DNA from: Octopus vulgaris
Lineage: Eukaryota
Assembly (NCBI GenBank): GCA_951406725.2
Contig: OX597823.1
Location: 84,382,001 to 84,446,000 of the forward strand
Direction: 5' to 3'
DNA: 64,000 nucleotides
The notes below the pieces were generated by a model. The model saw only the letters and a program-made list of their open reading frames with translations. It was not told where the DNA came from and did no database searches. Positions 42,080 through 54,111 of the stretch are shown one piece after another (the first letter of the stretch is position 1; every line of letters begins with the position of its first letter). The position numbers and the translations under genes were made by a program.

Positions 42080-42280
42080 CTCGTCTGTATCACTAGCGAT
42101 TTTTTTCCCATGTCTTCCCTTCTCGGGATCTTTCCTTCTCCTATATTTCCGACGAAGAGCTCCGCTCGAAACGTCAAACCCTCCTTCTTCCCTTCTTTCC
42201 TGAGCGTCCAATAATACTTTATTTGTTCCACGTCCTTGCGTTGTTTTTTTGCTTATGTTTTCTTGTTTGGATTAACTATG
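42080..42280 (+). mobile_element. PLE-like short repeat with a variant minimal hammerhead
   Basis: TTT-CCGACGA-A-GAGC-TCC-GCTC-GAAA-CG-TC-AAA at 42146-42178. Confidence 0.65.
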
Positions 42281-42559
42281 TATGTATATGTGTCTGTGTT
42301 TGTGTGTTTGTGTGCGTGCGTCTTTGTGTCTGTCTTTGCCCACCATCAGTGCTTGACACCTGGTTTTTGGTTTATTTATGTGGCCAAAACTTAAAGGTTA
42401 TGCAAAAGAAAACGATAGAATAAGTACCAGGCCTAACAGAAAAAGATGTACTGTGGTCGATTCATTCGACTAGAACATACACACACACATATATAGATAT
42501 ATTTACCAGCATGCATGCATACACGAATATCTACTTACGTACATACACACATTCACTCA

Positions 42560-42880
42560 TACATAGAAACGTGAGACTCGGAGTAGTTGAAATGTCTTTC
42601 TGCTATAATATATTAAAGACCACTCTACAATTACATTTCGTTCGGCTTCCTTGTGTGTCTTCATTTTCATATTTTTGTTCCCAACTTTGACCCTTGGTAA
42701 ATCCTAAATTTTATATTAGAATTTATGGGAGCAACTGTCTTTGAAGACTCATATTGTTGTTGAATGCTCGAAATGAGGAGTAGATAGACAGCCGACAACT
42801 AATGAAGGGTCCTTTCGCTGTCTTCAGTTGTCCTGTTTTCCATTTTTTCTCGTTGTTTACGTATTTCATGTTATTTGCAT
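42560..42880 (+). mobile_element. PLE pseudo-LTR-like repeat related to 7215-7810
   Basis: Hairpin at 42677-42732, TTGAAGA...CTCGAAA..GAGTAGAT, then CTAATGA at 42799-42805. Confidence 0.4.
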
Positions 42881-42979
42881 GTATGTATGTATGTACGTAT
42901 GATGTATGTATGTATGTATGTATGTATGTATGTATGTATGTATGTATGTATGTATGTACGTATATATATATATATATAT

Positions 42980-43771
42980 ATATTATATAGAGGGTACTAT
43001 TAGTCATAGGGACTTGCGAAATCACAGGTAATTTGTAACTAAATTCTGTTTTTAAATGACTTGCTTTGAAGTTTTGCATTCGGTACAATTTGTTTATTTT
43101 AGTAGTTTTGACTGCAAAAGTCCCTGCTAGCGTGCGGTACCTATGAATAATAGTACCCTCTAGATAATATAAATAAATATTTTCAAAGTGGAAAAATTTA
43201 CAGATTTTTTCTCTTACGAGGTTTTTCACGCTATCTACTGACAATTTCTTATAAAGATTTTATCCTTAATTTTAAATTTATATTTTTCACCGGAATAGTT
43301 CAATACTGAATTTTTGTTCCGAGTAGGCAAGTTGTTACCGAAATGCATTGCGAATAAGCCCGCCATTTTCATACATATGTAAAGGTAAACATTCGTACAT
43401 GCTGCGGCGAATTCTACGGTTGGCTGTCGGGTTTGTAATGTTGTGTTTTTTCTTATATGTCTTGAGTTCGTTGCACTGAAGAGCATAGAATGCATATTCT
43501 GCATTGATTGCGAAATCACAAGTGATTTGTAACTAAATTCTGTTTTTAAATGACTTACTTTGAAGTTTTGCATTCGGTACAATTTGTTCATTTTAGTAGT
43601 TTTGACTGCAAAAGTCCCTCCTAGCGTGCGGTACCTATGAATAATAGTACCCTCTATATAATATAAATAAATATTTTCAAAGTGGAAAAATTTACAGATT
43701 TTTTCTCTTACGAGGGTTTTCACGCTAACTACTGATAATTTCTTATAAAGATTTTATCCTTAATTTTAAAT
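42980..43771 (+). mobile_element. Partial tandem (494-bp period) with hammerhead ribozyme and short inverted leader: PLE pseudo-LTR or retrozyme-like element
   Basis: 43015-43277 is repeated at 43509-43771. 42980-43010 is the reverse complement of an internal segment. Flanked by (TA)n. Confidence 0.8.
43470..43533 (+). ncRNA. Type I hammerhead ribozyme
   Basis: GTTGCA-CTGAAGA-GCA...TGC-GAAA-TCAC-AA-GTGA-T-T-TGTAAC. All three stems and both core boxes present. AUU cleavage triplet ending at 43527. Confidence 0.85.
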
Positions 43772-43773
43772 AA

Positions 43774-43844
<71 letters not shown>

Positions 43845-43893
43845 AGAGTATTGTTGTTCGCTTGAAGCAGTGTGTATTGTTTGTAAAGAATAA

Positions 43894-44058
43894 AAGTTGC
43901 GAATGGTACATCAATGCACTATAATATAAACAATGGACTATGTACCTGTTGTAATGTCAACATCCATAGTCCGATAATCGGACTATGGATGTTGAAATTA
44001 CAACAGGTATATAGTTCATTGTTTGTATTACAGTGCATTGTTGTACCATTCAAAACTT
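43894..44058. repeat. 165-bp near-perfect palindrome
   Basis: Centred on A43976 (CCGAT-A-ATCGG). 6 mismatches over the inner 75-bp arms by manual comparison. Confidence 0.95.
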
Positions 44059-44062
44059 GTTA

Positions 44063-44156
<94 letters not shown>

Positions 44157-44418
44157 AATAACCAAGAAAAAAAGGACAAATTTCTGAGGTCAGTGTTCTT
44201 AATCACTCATTATATTTCAAAGCATCAGACTACTTCACAGCATACATAGGTGCACTCATATATATATATGAAGGGAGGAAAAATTTCTTATGAATTAACT
44301 CCGAAATTGGATCAATGTGGTAATAACGAATTTTTTAGAGATTTCTATCGGTTTGTTTCGAGGCACCTTAATTATAATGGTTATCGACAATTTTTTGTTT
44401 CGGCATATTTGGCATTAG

Positions 44419-44464
<46 letters not shown>

Positions 44465-44840
44465 CATAAATGTACTTGTATGAGATCTTATATCCGTATT
44501 AGAAATCAATGAAAATATTAAAAGATTCACATGATGAATGTAAAACGGTAATGATGGTATAAAATGAATTTATGAAGTCTGACAGCCTTCATAGATGGCA
44601 TGTAGATTAAGATTGGCGAATTATTTCCAACTATAACAATCGTCCACAATTGTATCATTAGAGGTAATTTAAGAGGATTTACAAAAAGAGTTTAAATTTT
44701 TTTAAAATTTGAATGCTGTATCGATGATATATAACATCGGTTGTCAAACAAAGGTGGACATAAACACACACACAAATATATACCTACCTACCTACCTACC
44801 TACATACCTACCTACCTACCTACCTACATACATACATACA

Positions 44841-44876
<36 letters not shown>

Positions 44877-44881
44877 TGTAT

Positions 44882-45118
44882 AGGCGGCGAGATGGTAGAA
44901 ATGTTAGCATGCTGGGCGAAATGCTTTGCGGTATTTCGTCTGCCGCTGTGTTCTGAGTTCAAATTCCGCCGAGGTCGACTTTGCCTTTCATCCTTTCGGG
45001 GTCGATAAATTAAGTACCAGTTACACACTGGGGTCGATATAATCGACTTAATCCGTTTGTCTATTCTTGTTTGTCCCCTCTGTGTTTAGCCCCTTGTAGG
45101 TAGTAAAGAAATAGGTAT
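44882..45118 (+). mobile_element. SINE family B, full length
   Basis: GGCGGCGAG.TGG.AGAA head, B box, Nin/Deu-like domain and GTAAAGAAATAGG tail. Confidence 0.9.
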
Positions 45119-45254
45119 ATATATATATATATAAACTGTAACATAACTGAGAGCCACTACAGTATCCGCCCGGATGAATATATCCCTCAAGACATACGAA
45201 CGCACGCGCGCGCACACACACGCGCACACACACGCACACACACACGCGCGCGCA

Positions 45255-45296
<42 letters not shown>

Positions 45297-45463
45297 TTTA
45301 TCCTTTTATTTGTTTCAGTCACTTGACTGCGGCCATGCAGAGGCACCGCCTTAAATGTTTAAGTCGAACAAATCGACCCCAGGTCTTATTGCAACGGTCT
45401 CTTTGGCCGAAACGTTAAGTTGCAAGAACATAAACACACCAACACTGGTTGTCAAGACAGAAA

Positions 45464-45502
<39 letters not shown>

Positions 45503-46036
45503 GTATATATGTCTGTCTATCTGCCTGTATGTATGTATGTATGTATGTATGTATGTATTTAAGAGAACAATATATATTTATATATTTATAAAATACAAAA
45601 TGGGACAAAAACGCAAAACGGTACAACAAAACATCCAGATAGACGATACAAAAAAACACGGACGGGTCAATTAACGCCTTTTATCTTCAGTCAAGTACTG
45701 GATCATCCTCGCAATTTCGACTGATTAATCTTGAGATTGCTCCTGTGTGTATGTATGTGTGTCATTATTCAGTTTTATTTCAAAATTCTTTGCCAATAGA
45801 GAAAGAGCCGGTTTTTAACCTAGATCCAAGGCTCCTTCAGTGGAATTTCAATATCAACAACAAGGTATTTTTGTTCGTAAGTATGTATGTTTTGCTTTAT
45901 GTATGTATTCTCATGCATATTGTTGCATATCTAAACATGCTCATATATTTAAATGATAAACTTCTGGTAAGTTGTATGTATGTCATTCAGTTTATTTCAA
46001 GATTTCTTGCCATGCATGTATGTATGCATGTATATA

Positions 46037-46470
46037 GGCGCAGGAGCGGCTGTGTGGTAAGTAGCTAGGCGCAGGCGTGGCTGTGTGGTAAGTAACTTGC
46101 TTACCAACCACATGGCTCCGTGTTCAGTCCTACCGCGTGGCACCTTGGGCAAGTGTCCTCTACTATAACCTCGGGCCGACCAAAGCCTTGTGAGTGGATT
46201 TGGTAGACGGAAACTGAAAGAAGCCTGTTGTATATATGTATATGTGTGTGTGTGTGTTTGTGTCTCTGTTTCCCCCCCCCCCCCGCCCAACATCGCTTGA
46301 CAACCGATGATGTGTCTTTACGTCCCTGTAACTTAGCGGTTGGGTAAAAGAGACCGATAGAATAAGTACTAGGCTCACAAAGAATACATCCTGGGGTCGA
46401 TTTGCTCGACTAAATGCGATGCTCCAGCATGGCCGCAATCAAATGACTGAAACAAGTAAAAGAGTAAAAA
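46037..46470 (+). mobile_element. SINE family A with a duplicated 30-bp head
   Basis: GGCGCAGG.G.GGCTGTGTGGTAAGTA occurs twice in tandem at the 5' end. Confidence 0.9.
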
Positions 46471-47586
46471 GAGAGAGATAGTATTTAAACGAGTAATATA
46501 AGATGTAGTTTCAGAGTATGGTGCGGCTTCTTAACCTCAAAAGGCAGACGCAGTTGGTGGAATGATCAAACAGACGACCTCTACTAGAACCAACGCCAGT
46601 AGCGTGACGTAATCAACATGGTCGAAGTTACGTAATACGACTTACTCAATTACAGCTAACAAACTTAAAACACGAGAGACAGTGAGACAACCGAATTAAC
46701 AACAGAAAATATAGAATTTTCACAATGCAACGTTTTCACTTCACACCCTATCTTGGTGTCGCATAAACAACAGCTTACAATTTATTATGTACTATCAGTT
46801 ACCGTATTCTACTTCATATTTAGCCAACCTCTGTTCGGCACGTATTTCGCTAAATGTAACACGACTTCAAATCTGACAGCTCCATGATAAAGTATGTTTT
46901 CTTTTATACTATTTCTATTGTGGAATCTATCTTTGAGAATGATGTATTTCTTTCTGTGTTCCGACAATTTCTGTATTGTAAGCTCTATCGCGTGTATTTT
47001 TCTCTTCTTCTAAACGAAACATAACTTTGATTCGAGGGTCAATAGAGGTTCTCAATAAGATGTTGTTTTCTTTTCACTGCTGTGGTTCGTTGCAAACTTC
47101 TAGGTAGTTCTCTTTCTTTTTTATGTAGTTTGTAACCAGGTATGGCTGTGTGGTAAGATGTATGTTTCCGGGTTCAGTCCCACTGCGTGATACTTTGTGC
47201 AAGTGTCTCCTACTTGTAACCTTAGGACGACCAATGCTTTGTGAGTAGATCTGGTACACAGATACTGAAGAAGCCCCTTGTATATATATATATATGAAAA
47301 GGAACACACGGGTTGATATATATATGGAAAAATAAAGTCAAGGTAGAAAATGCTAAAATAATTTTTATAAAAGACATTTCAGTACCGGTTTCAGACATTG
47401 AAACTTTTTCAACTGTAAGAATGTAAGACAATTAAATTTTGGAAAAATTAAAAGAAAAGTTTTTTAAAAGAATATTTGCATAGTGTTCAAATACAAGGGA
47501 AGGGGGCATTTTCCTTTTTTCTGCCTGTCCCTGTCTCTCTTGTTTACTCTTGTGGGTTCGAGGTCGCTGTGAATTATTGGCAGGGA

Positions 47587-47618
47587 AGAAGTAGAAGAAG
47601 AAGAAGAAGAAGAAGAAG

Positions 47619-47649
<31 letters not shown>

Positions 47650-47720
47650 GGAAGGAGAAGAAGAAGAAGAAGTGGAAGGAGAAGAAGAAGAAGAAGAAGA
47701 AGAAGAAGTGGAAGGAGAAG

Positions 47721-47751
<31 letters not shown>

Positions 47752-47855
47752 GGAAGGAGAAGAAGAAGAAGAAGAAGAAGTGGAAGGAGAAGTAGTAGTA
47801 GAAGAAGAAGAAGAAGAAGGAGAAGAAGAAGAAGAAGAAGAAGAAGAAGAAGAAG

Positions 47856-47886
<31 letters not shown>

Positions 47887-47931
47887 GGAAGGAGAAGAAG
47901 AAGAAGTAGAAGAAGAAGAAGAAGAAGAAGA
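47587..47931. repeat. (GAA)n polypurine tract with recurring GTGGAAGGA interruptions
   Basis: Direct reading. Confidence 0.97.
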
Positions 47932-48447
47932 ATGCGGGAGTGCCATGATAGTAGTAGGATGTTAAATGGTCGGGATCAATACTCTCACAACATACCAAAT
48001 GAAATACGACATAGTAGAAGACATTTGTCGAAGGTGTCGCGCAGTGGGACTGAACCCAGAACCATGTGGTCGAGAAGCAAGTTTCTTATTTTTTTATTGC
48101 CCACAAGAAATTAAACATAGAGGGGACAAACAAAATTACATCGACCTCAGTACGTAACTGGTATTTAATTTATCGATCCCGAAAGGATGAGATGCAAAGT
48201 CGACCTCGGTGGAATTTGAACTCAGAACGTTGCGGCAGACGAAATACCTATTTCTTTACTACCCACAAGAGGCTAAACACAAAGGGGACAAACAAGGACT
48301 GTGTGTGTGTGTGTGTGTTTGTGTGTTTGTGTGTGTTGTGTGTGTGTATTGTGCCGTGTTCGTTCCCACCACCGTTTGACAACCGGTGTTGCTGTGTTTA
48401 CGTTTCCTTCATGTAGTGGTTCAGCAAAAGAGAACGATAGAATAAGT

Positions 48448-48761
48448 TGTTGTTGTTGTTGTTTGTTACTTCTCGAGCCACGCCTAGCTCATAAGTGCTG
48501 GTTTCCTAGTTTCCTTGGCGTATAGGTTCCTCACGTGGACGGGACGCTGGTCCGTCGCAGATGAGCTGCAAGATGCAGGAGGAAAGAGTGAGAGAAGGTT
48601 GTGGCGAAAGAGTCAGCAGAAGTTCGCCATTACCTTCTGCCGGAGCCGCGTGGGGCTTAGGTGTTTCGCTCATAAACACACACATCGCCCAGTTTGAGAT
48701 TCGAACCCGCGATCCCTCGACAGCGAGTCCGCTGCTTTAACCACTAGGCCATGTGCCTTCA
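48448..48761 (-). mobile_element. SINE family C nested in a family A SINE, with a 13-bp TSD
   Basis: CGATAGAATAAGT at 48435-48447 and 48763-48775. (CAA)n tail. Confidence 0.93.
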
Positions 48762-49194
48762 CCGATAGAATAAGTACCAGGCTTTAAAAAAGTCCCGAGG
48801 TCGATTTATTCAACCAAACTCTATAGGGCGGTACCCCAGTTGGGCCGCAAGCTAATGAGTGAAGCGAGTAAAATATAAAAGACCAAAACAAAAGCAATTT
48901 TTTAAAAATACAAAAACACACACTTGTACATAGGCGTATGAAAGCCATTGCCGGTGTTTGAAGATATGTATACGAAGGAAGGAAAGAAACTATTCAACAT
49001 CATTTATCGTATGAGTTGAATATTTGATTCAAAATTTTGGTTTAGATTTACGTTACTAAAAGCCCCACAAATGCAAAATATACGCAGAAATTAGGGTTCG
49101 ATTCTTGCCTCCCGCAGATAACATTGCTATTGTTGTTAATGTTGTTGCTAAATCCTAGCTAAAACCAGTCCCCAGAGTTGTGTGTGTACATCAC

Positions 49195-49975
49195 TACGTG
49201 GCATCTTGGGCAAGTGTTTTCCACTATAGCCCTGGCCTGATCAAAATCTTGTGAGTGGATTTGGTAGACGGAAACTGAAAGAATAAATGTCGAATGAATA
49301 AATGAATAAATAAATATGTGTGTGTCTGTGTCTGTCGTCTCTCCCCATCATCGCTTGACAACCGATGTTGGTGTGTTTACGTCCGCGTAACCTAGCGGTT
49401 CGGCAAAAGGGACCGATAGAATAAGTACTAGGCTTGCTACGAATAAGCCCTGGGGTCGATTCGTTCGACTAAAACTCCTTAACGCGGTGCTCCAGAGCTC
49501 CTGTATGACCTCAGTCAAATGACTGAAACAAGTAAAAGAGGAAAAACATACTCTGACACATGTGTGTGTGTGTAGCGGGCTTCTTTCTGTTTCCGTCTTC
49601 CAAATCCACTCACAAAGCTTTAGTCCGCCCGAGACTATAGTAGAAGACATTTGCCGAAGGTGTCGCGCAGTGGGACTGAACCCAGAACCATGTGGTTGGG
49701 AAGCAAGCTTCTTATTTTTATTATTATTATTTTATTGCCCACAAAGGGCTAAACGTAGAGGGGACAGACAAGGACAGACAAAGGGATTAAGTCGATTACA
49801 TCGACTCCAGTGCGTAACTGGTACTTAATTTATCGACCTCGAAAGGATGAAAGGCAAAGTCGACCTCGGCGGAATTTGAACTCAGAACGTAACAGTAGAC
49901 GAAATACCGCTAAGCACTTCGCCAGGCGTGTTAACGTTTCTGCCAGTTCGCCGCCTTCTTACCACACAACAACGC
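49195..49975. mobile_element. Cluster of SINEs: family A on plus, then family A head and family B on minus
   Basis: Motif matches. The family B copy (49730-49956) interrupts a family A head. Confidence 0.82.
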
Positions 49976-50579
49976 CTATATCCAAATAAATTTTTTCATA
50001 TTATTTCAAAATGTCAATGAGAGTTTATGGGATGTTACAACCTTGTGTCAATAGCTTAAAATTACGTAAAAAAAAAACAAGCTTTCAAGGAGGCAACATT
50101 CTAGGTTTCTCACTGAAAAATAACACCAAGCTCTTTGAGTACGTGTAGTTTTCTCACAGTGACAAAAACGGTTGTTTGTAAGCGTATTTCGTCGGTATAT
50201 AGTGATATATCAGCAAAAAAGAAGCCGGTATTTTAGAATAAAATTCCTTGTGATATTTATTCCGGCGGCCAAATTGCACACACTGTCTCTTATTACATTT
50301 GCCATTTTAGATGAAATGAAGCGGTGACTGGATCGATGGAAACCTATGACCAACAACATTATTGTACACAAAAATAAAATTAAGACAAAGAAGGATAGAA
50401 TACGTTTCCAGCAAGTGAAATAGCCTGCGAGAAACCTTATGCAAGTTTCTCACATAGAAAAAGGAAAATTGAAAAATCTATTTCGACTGATGTAGATTAG
50501 AATATTATTTTTCCAAACTATATACCATGAGATGATATAATGAGTTTTAATACCTTGTCCAACTGAATACAACAAATAC

Positions 50580-50580
50580 T

Positions 50581-50611
<31 letters not shown>

Positions 50612-50663
50612 CACCACCACTATCAACATAAACACCACCACCACCACCACCACCACCACCACC

Positions 50664-50695
<32 letters not shown>

Positions 50696-51094
50696 CAACA
50701 CCACCACCTCCACCACCACCACCACCGCCACCACCACCACCACCGCCACCATCGCCACCACCACCACCACCACTGCCATCGTACTCACAACCACCTCCAC
50801 TATTATCGTCATCATCACCACCGTCATCAGCTGTATTATCCCCACCGCCACCATCATCGTCATTATCAACACCACCGTCACCAGCGTCGTCGTCATCATT
50901 ATCAGCCGCTGTCGACATCGTTGCCATCGTCATCACCACCACCACCACCACCACCACCACCACCAATAACAACAACAACAACAACAACAACAACACCATT
51001 CTCGTCATCATCATCGTCGTCGTCGACGTTTTCGTCTTCATCATCATGGTCTTCATAATCAGTTACCATCGTCATCATCATCATCGTCATCATC

Positions 51095-51125
<31 letters not shown>

Positions 51126-51142
51126 TCGCCATCGCCATCATC
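50580..51142. repeat. Compound CAT/CAC/CAA trinucleotide tract
   Basis: Direct reading. Confidence 0.95.
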
Positions 51143-51477
51143 GGTGTTATGTTTGATCTTCACAGGTTTCCAAACCAATTTCCTCGTATTGCTCTTTTCT
51201 CTCTTCTCTCTTACCATTTCTTACCAAACTATTCCTTTGTACCCATCTATGGCTTTCATCACTGTTCTTTGTACCCGTATATAACAACTATAAGCAATCT
51301 CTTTATGCCCATATATGGCTTTCGAAATCTCCTGCAACTTGCCTTTTCCTTAACACCCCATCAGGGGCCAGAATATTATTTATTTCTATCTCCTTTCTTC
51401 CTTCCATTTTTCTATCTCTCTCTCTCTCTGTCTGTCAATCTATTTCTCTCTCTCTCTCTCTTTATTTCTTCTATTTC

Positions 51478-51558
<81 letters not shown>

Positions 51559-51600
51559 ATATCTATCTATCTATCTATCTATCTATCCATCCATCCATCC

Positions 51601-51668
<68 letters not shown>

Positions 51669-52279
51669 GTCAGTCGTTCTGTCTATCTGTTCTTTTCTTC
51701 CTTCATTCCTTCGTTGTTTTTTCTTTCTTTCTCTCTTCGCTTTTCTTTCTGTCTTTTTCTCCTCTCCTCTCTTAGTTCCTTTTCGCTTTCTTTCTTTCTT
51801 TCTTTCTTTTTATTCTTCTTTTGTTTGTTTGTTTGTTTGTTTGTTTCTTGCTTGCTTTCTTCCAGATCGGAAGCAAAATTGTCTCGGACGCCATTTTGTT
51901 ATTGTTGTTACCCTCTGCTGCGACTGCTGCTGTTGTTGTTGTTGTTATTGCTGTTGCGTTCTTGTTGCTGAGCAAGCTGCTTAGTGGCATCTCGTTCATC
52001 TTTACGTTCTTAGTTCAAATTCCGCCAGGGTCGACTTTGCCTTTCATCCTTTCGCCGTCGATAAATTAAGTACCAGTGAAACATTGTGGTCAATGTAATC
52101 AACCTACCCCACCCACTAAATAAATTTCAAACCGTTTGTTATTGTTAATGTTACTATTATTCTTGCTGCTGGACCAACTACTTCCACTGCTTCTACTGTC
52201 ATTGCAGTTCTTGTTTAACACTAGGTCAGACCTAATTATATAGACCCATAACACCAATTCTTACAGCCATGGCCACCCC

Positions 52280-52597
52280 GAGCTGGCAGAAATGTTAGCA
52301 CGCTGGGCGAAATGCTTAGCGGTATTTCGTCTGCCGTTACGTTCTGAGTTCAAATTCCGCCATATCTGTTTCTTTATTACCCACAAGGGGCTAAACATAG
52401 AGGGGACCAACAAGGACAGACAAACGGATTAAGTCGATTACATCGACCCCAATGTGTAACTGGTACTTAATTTATTGACCCCGAAAGGATGAAAGGCAAA
52501 GTCGACCTCGGCGGAATTTGAACTCAGAACGTAACGGCAGACGAAATACGGCTACGCATTTCGCTCGGCGTGCTAACGTTTCTGCTAGCTCGCCGCC
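52280..52597. mobile_element. SINE family B: plus-strand head joined to a full minus-strand copy
   Basis: 52280-52361 is the reverse complement of about 52510-52590. Confidence 0.85.
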
Positions 52598-52923
52598 TTA
52601 TCGTGGCTCTGACTGATTCTCTCATACTCTCAAGTACTTATTTCTGCCTTTATATAGTTTTTATTATCTTATTGTTTTACTTGTTGCAGTTATTGGAATG
52701 CGGCCATGCTGGGATACCGTTTTCAAGAATTTGGTCGAACAAATCGACCCCCTCCACCACCACGTAGTTATTCTCTTTAAGTTTTGTACTTATTCTGCTT
52801 TCTTAATCTACCTGTTTTGTCACTCGGGGCAGCAAGCTGCGGGGATGTGAACAAACCAAAACCGATTGTCAAGCGTTGTAAAGACAAACTCAGACACGCA
52901 CAAACATAAGTATGTGAGTACTT

Positions 52924-52967
<44 letters not shown>

Positions 52968-52998
52968 ATACAGTCAATTCGAAGACGTTAGATCACAT

Positions 52999-53290
52999 TG
53001 TTGTTTGTTCCTTCTCGAGCCATTCCTGGCTCATAAGGGCCGATTTCCTTGGCGTATAGGTTCCCCACCTGGACGGGACGTCGGTCCGTCGCAGGTGAGC
53101 TGCAAGATGAAAGAGTGAGAGAAAGTTGTGGCGAAAGAGTCAGCAGAAGTTCGCCATTACCTTTTACAAGAGCCGCGTGGAACTTAGGTGTTTCACTCAT
53201 AAACAAACACAGCGCCCGGTCTGTGATTCGAACCCGCGATCCCTCGACTTTGAGTCGAGCTGCTCTAACCACTAGGCTATGTGTCTCCAC
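52999..53290 (-). mobile_element. SINE family C
   Basis: Matches 9383-9681. TTAGATCA duplicated at both flanks. Confidence 0.88.
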
Positions 53291-53511
53291 TTAGATCATG
53301 TTAGGGTTTATAAAATATATTAAAAAAATGCCACTGGTTAATCACTATCATTTAATGAAAATAGATTTTCGCATCTTCCATTTTTTTTTCTTATAATATA
53401 TTTGTATTTTAAATTAAAAAAAAAAATTCAACACCTTTATATCATACAAATAAATTATTCAGACATCCATTTTTCGCCAATTCTTTCTTTCAATATAGAT
53501 ATACATATATA

Positions 53512-54080
53512 AAGCGGTGAGCTGGCAGAAACGTTAGCACGCCGTTCTGAGTTCAAATTCCGCCGAGGTAGACTTGGCCTTTCATCCTTTCGGGGTCGAT
53601 AAATTATGTACCAGTTACGTACTGGAGTCGATATAATCGACTCAATCCGTTTGTCTGTCCTTGTTTGTCCTCTCTGTGTTTAGCCCCTAGTGGGTAGTAA
53701 AGAAATAGGTATTTCGTCTGCCGATACGTTCTGAGTTCAAATTCCGCCGAGGTCGACTCTGCCTTTTATCCTTTCGGGGTCGATAAAACAAGTACTTGTG
53801 GGGCACTACCTCGAAATTACTAGCTTTGAGTGAAAATTCGAAATCAATATTAACAATAATCAGTTAAGGCAGTGAGCTGGCAGAATCGTCAGCACACCGG
53901 GCAAAATGATGAGCGACATTTCATTCGTCTTTGCGTCCTGAGCTCAAATTCCGCTGAGGTTTAATTTGCCTTTCATTCTTTCGGGGTCGATAGAATAAGT
54001 ACCAGCCGAACACTGGGCCGATGCAATCGCTTTATACCATCCCCACTCCGAGGTCACCGGCTTTGTGCCAAAATATAAAA
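53512..54080 (+). mobile_element. Tandem cluster of SINE family B copies
   Basis: Three repeats of AAATTCCGC.GAGGT...TTTCGGGGTCGATA. Confidence 0.85.
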
Positions 54081-54111
54081 TCTATATGTCGCTAGTTAGC
54101 CTTTTGGACCT

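Noticed and set aside
42723-43723. 173-aa and 162-aa minus-strand ORFs as duplicated genes
   Set aside because: Antisense readings of the tandem HHR unit, partly microsatellite, with no recognisable domain.
47648-47965. Acidic poly-Glu protein exon
   Set aside because: Simple GAA expansion with no splice signals or flanking coding sequence.
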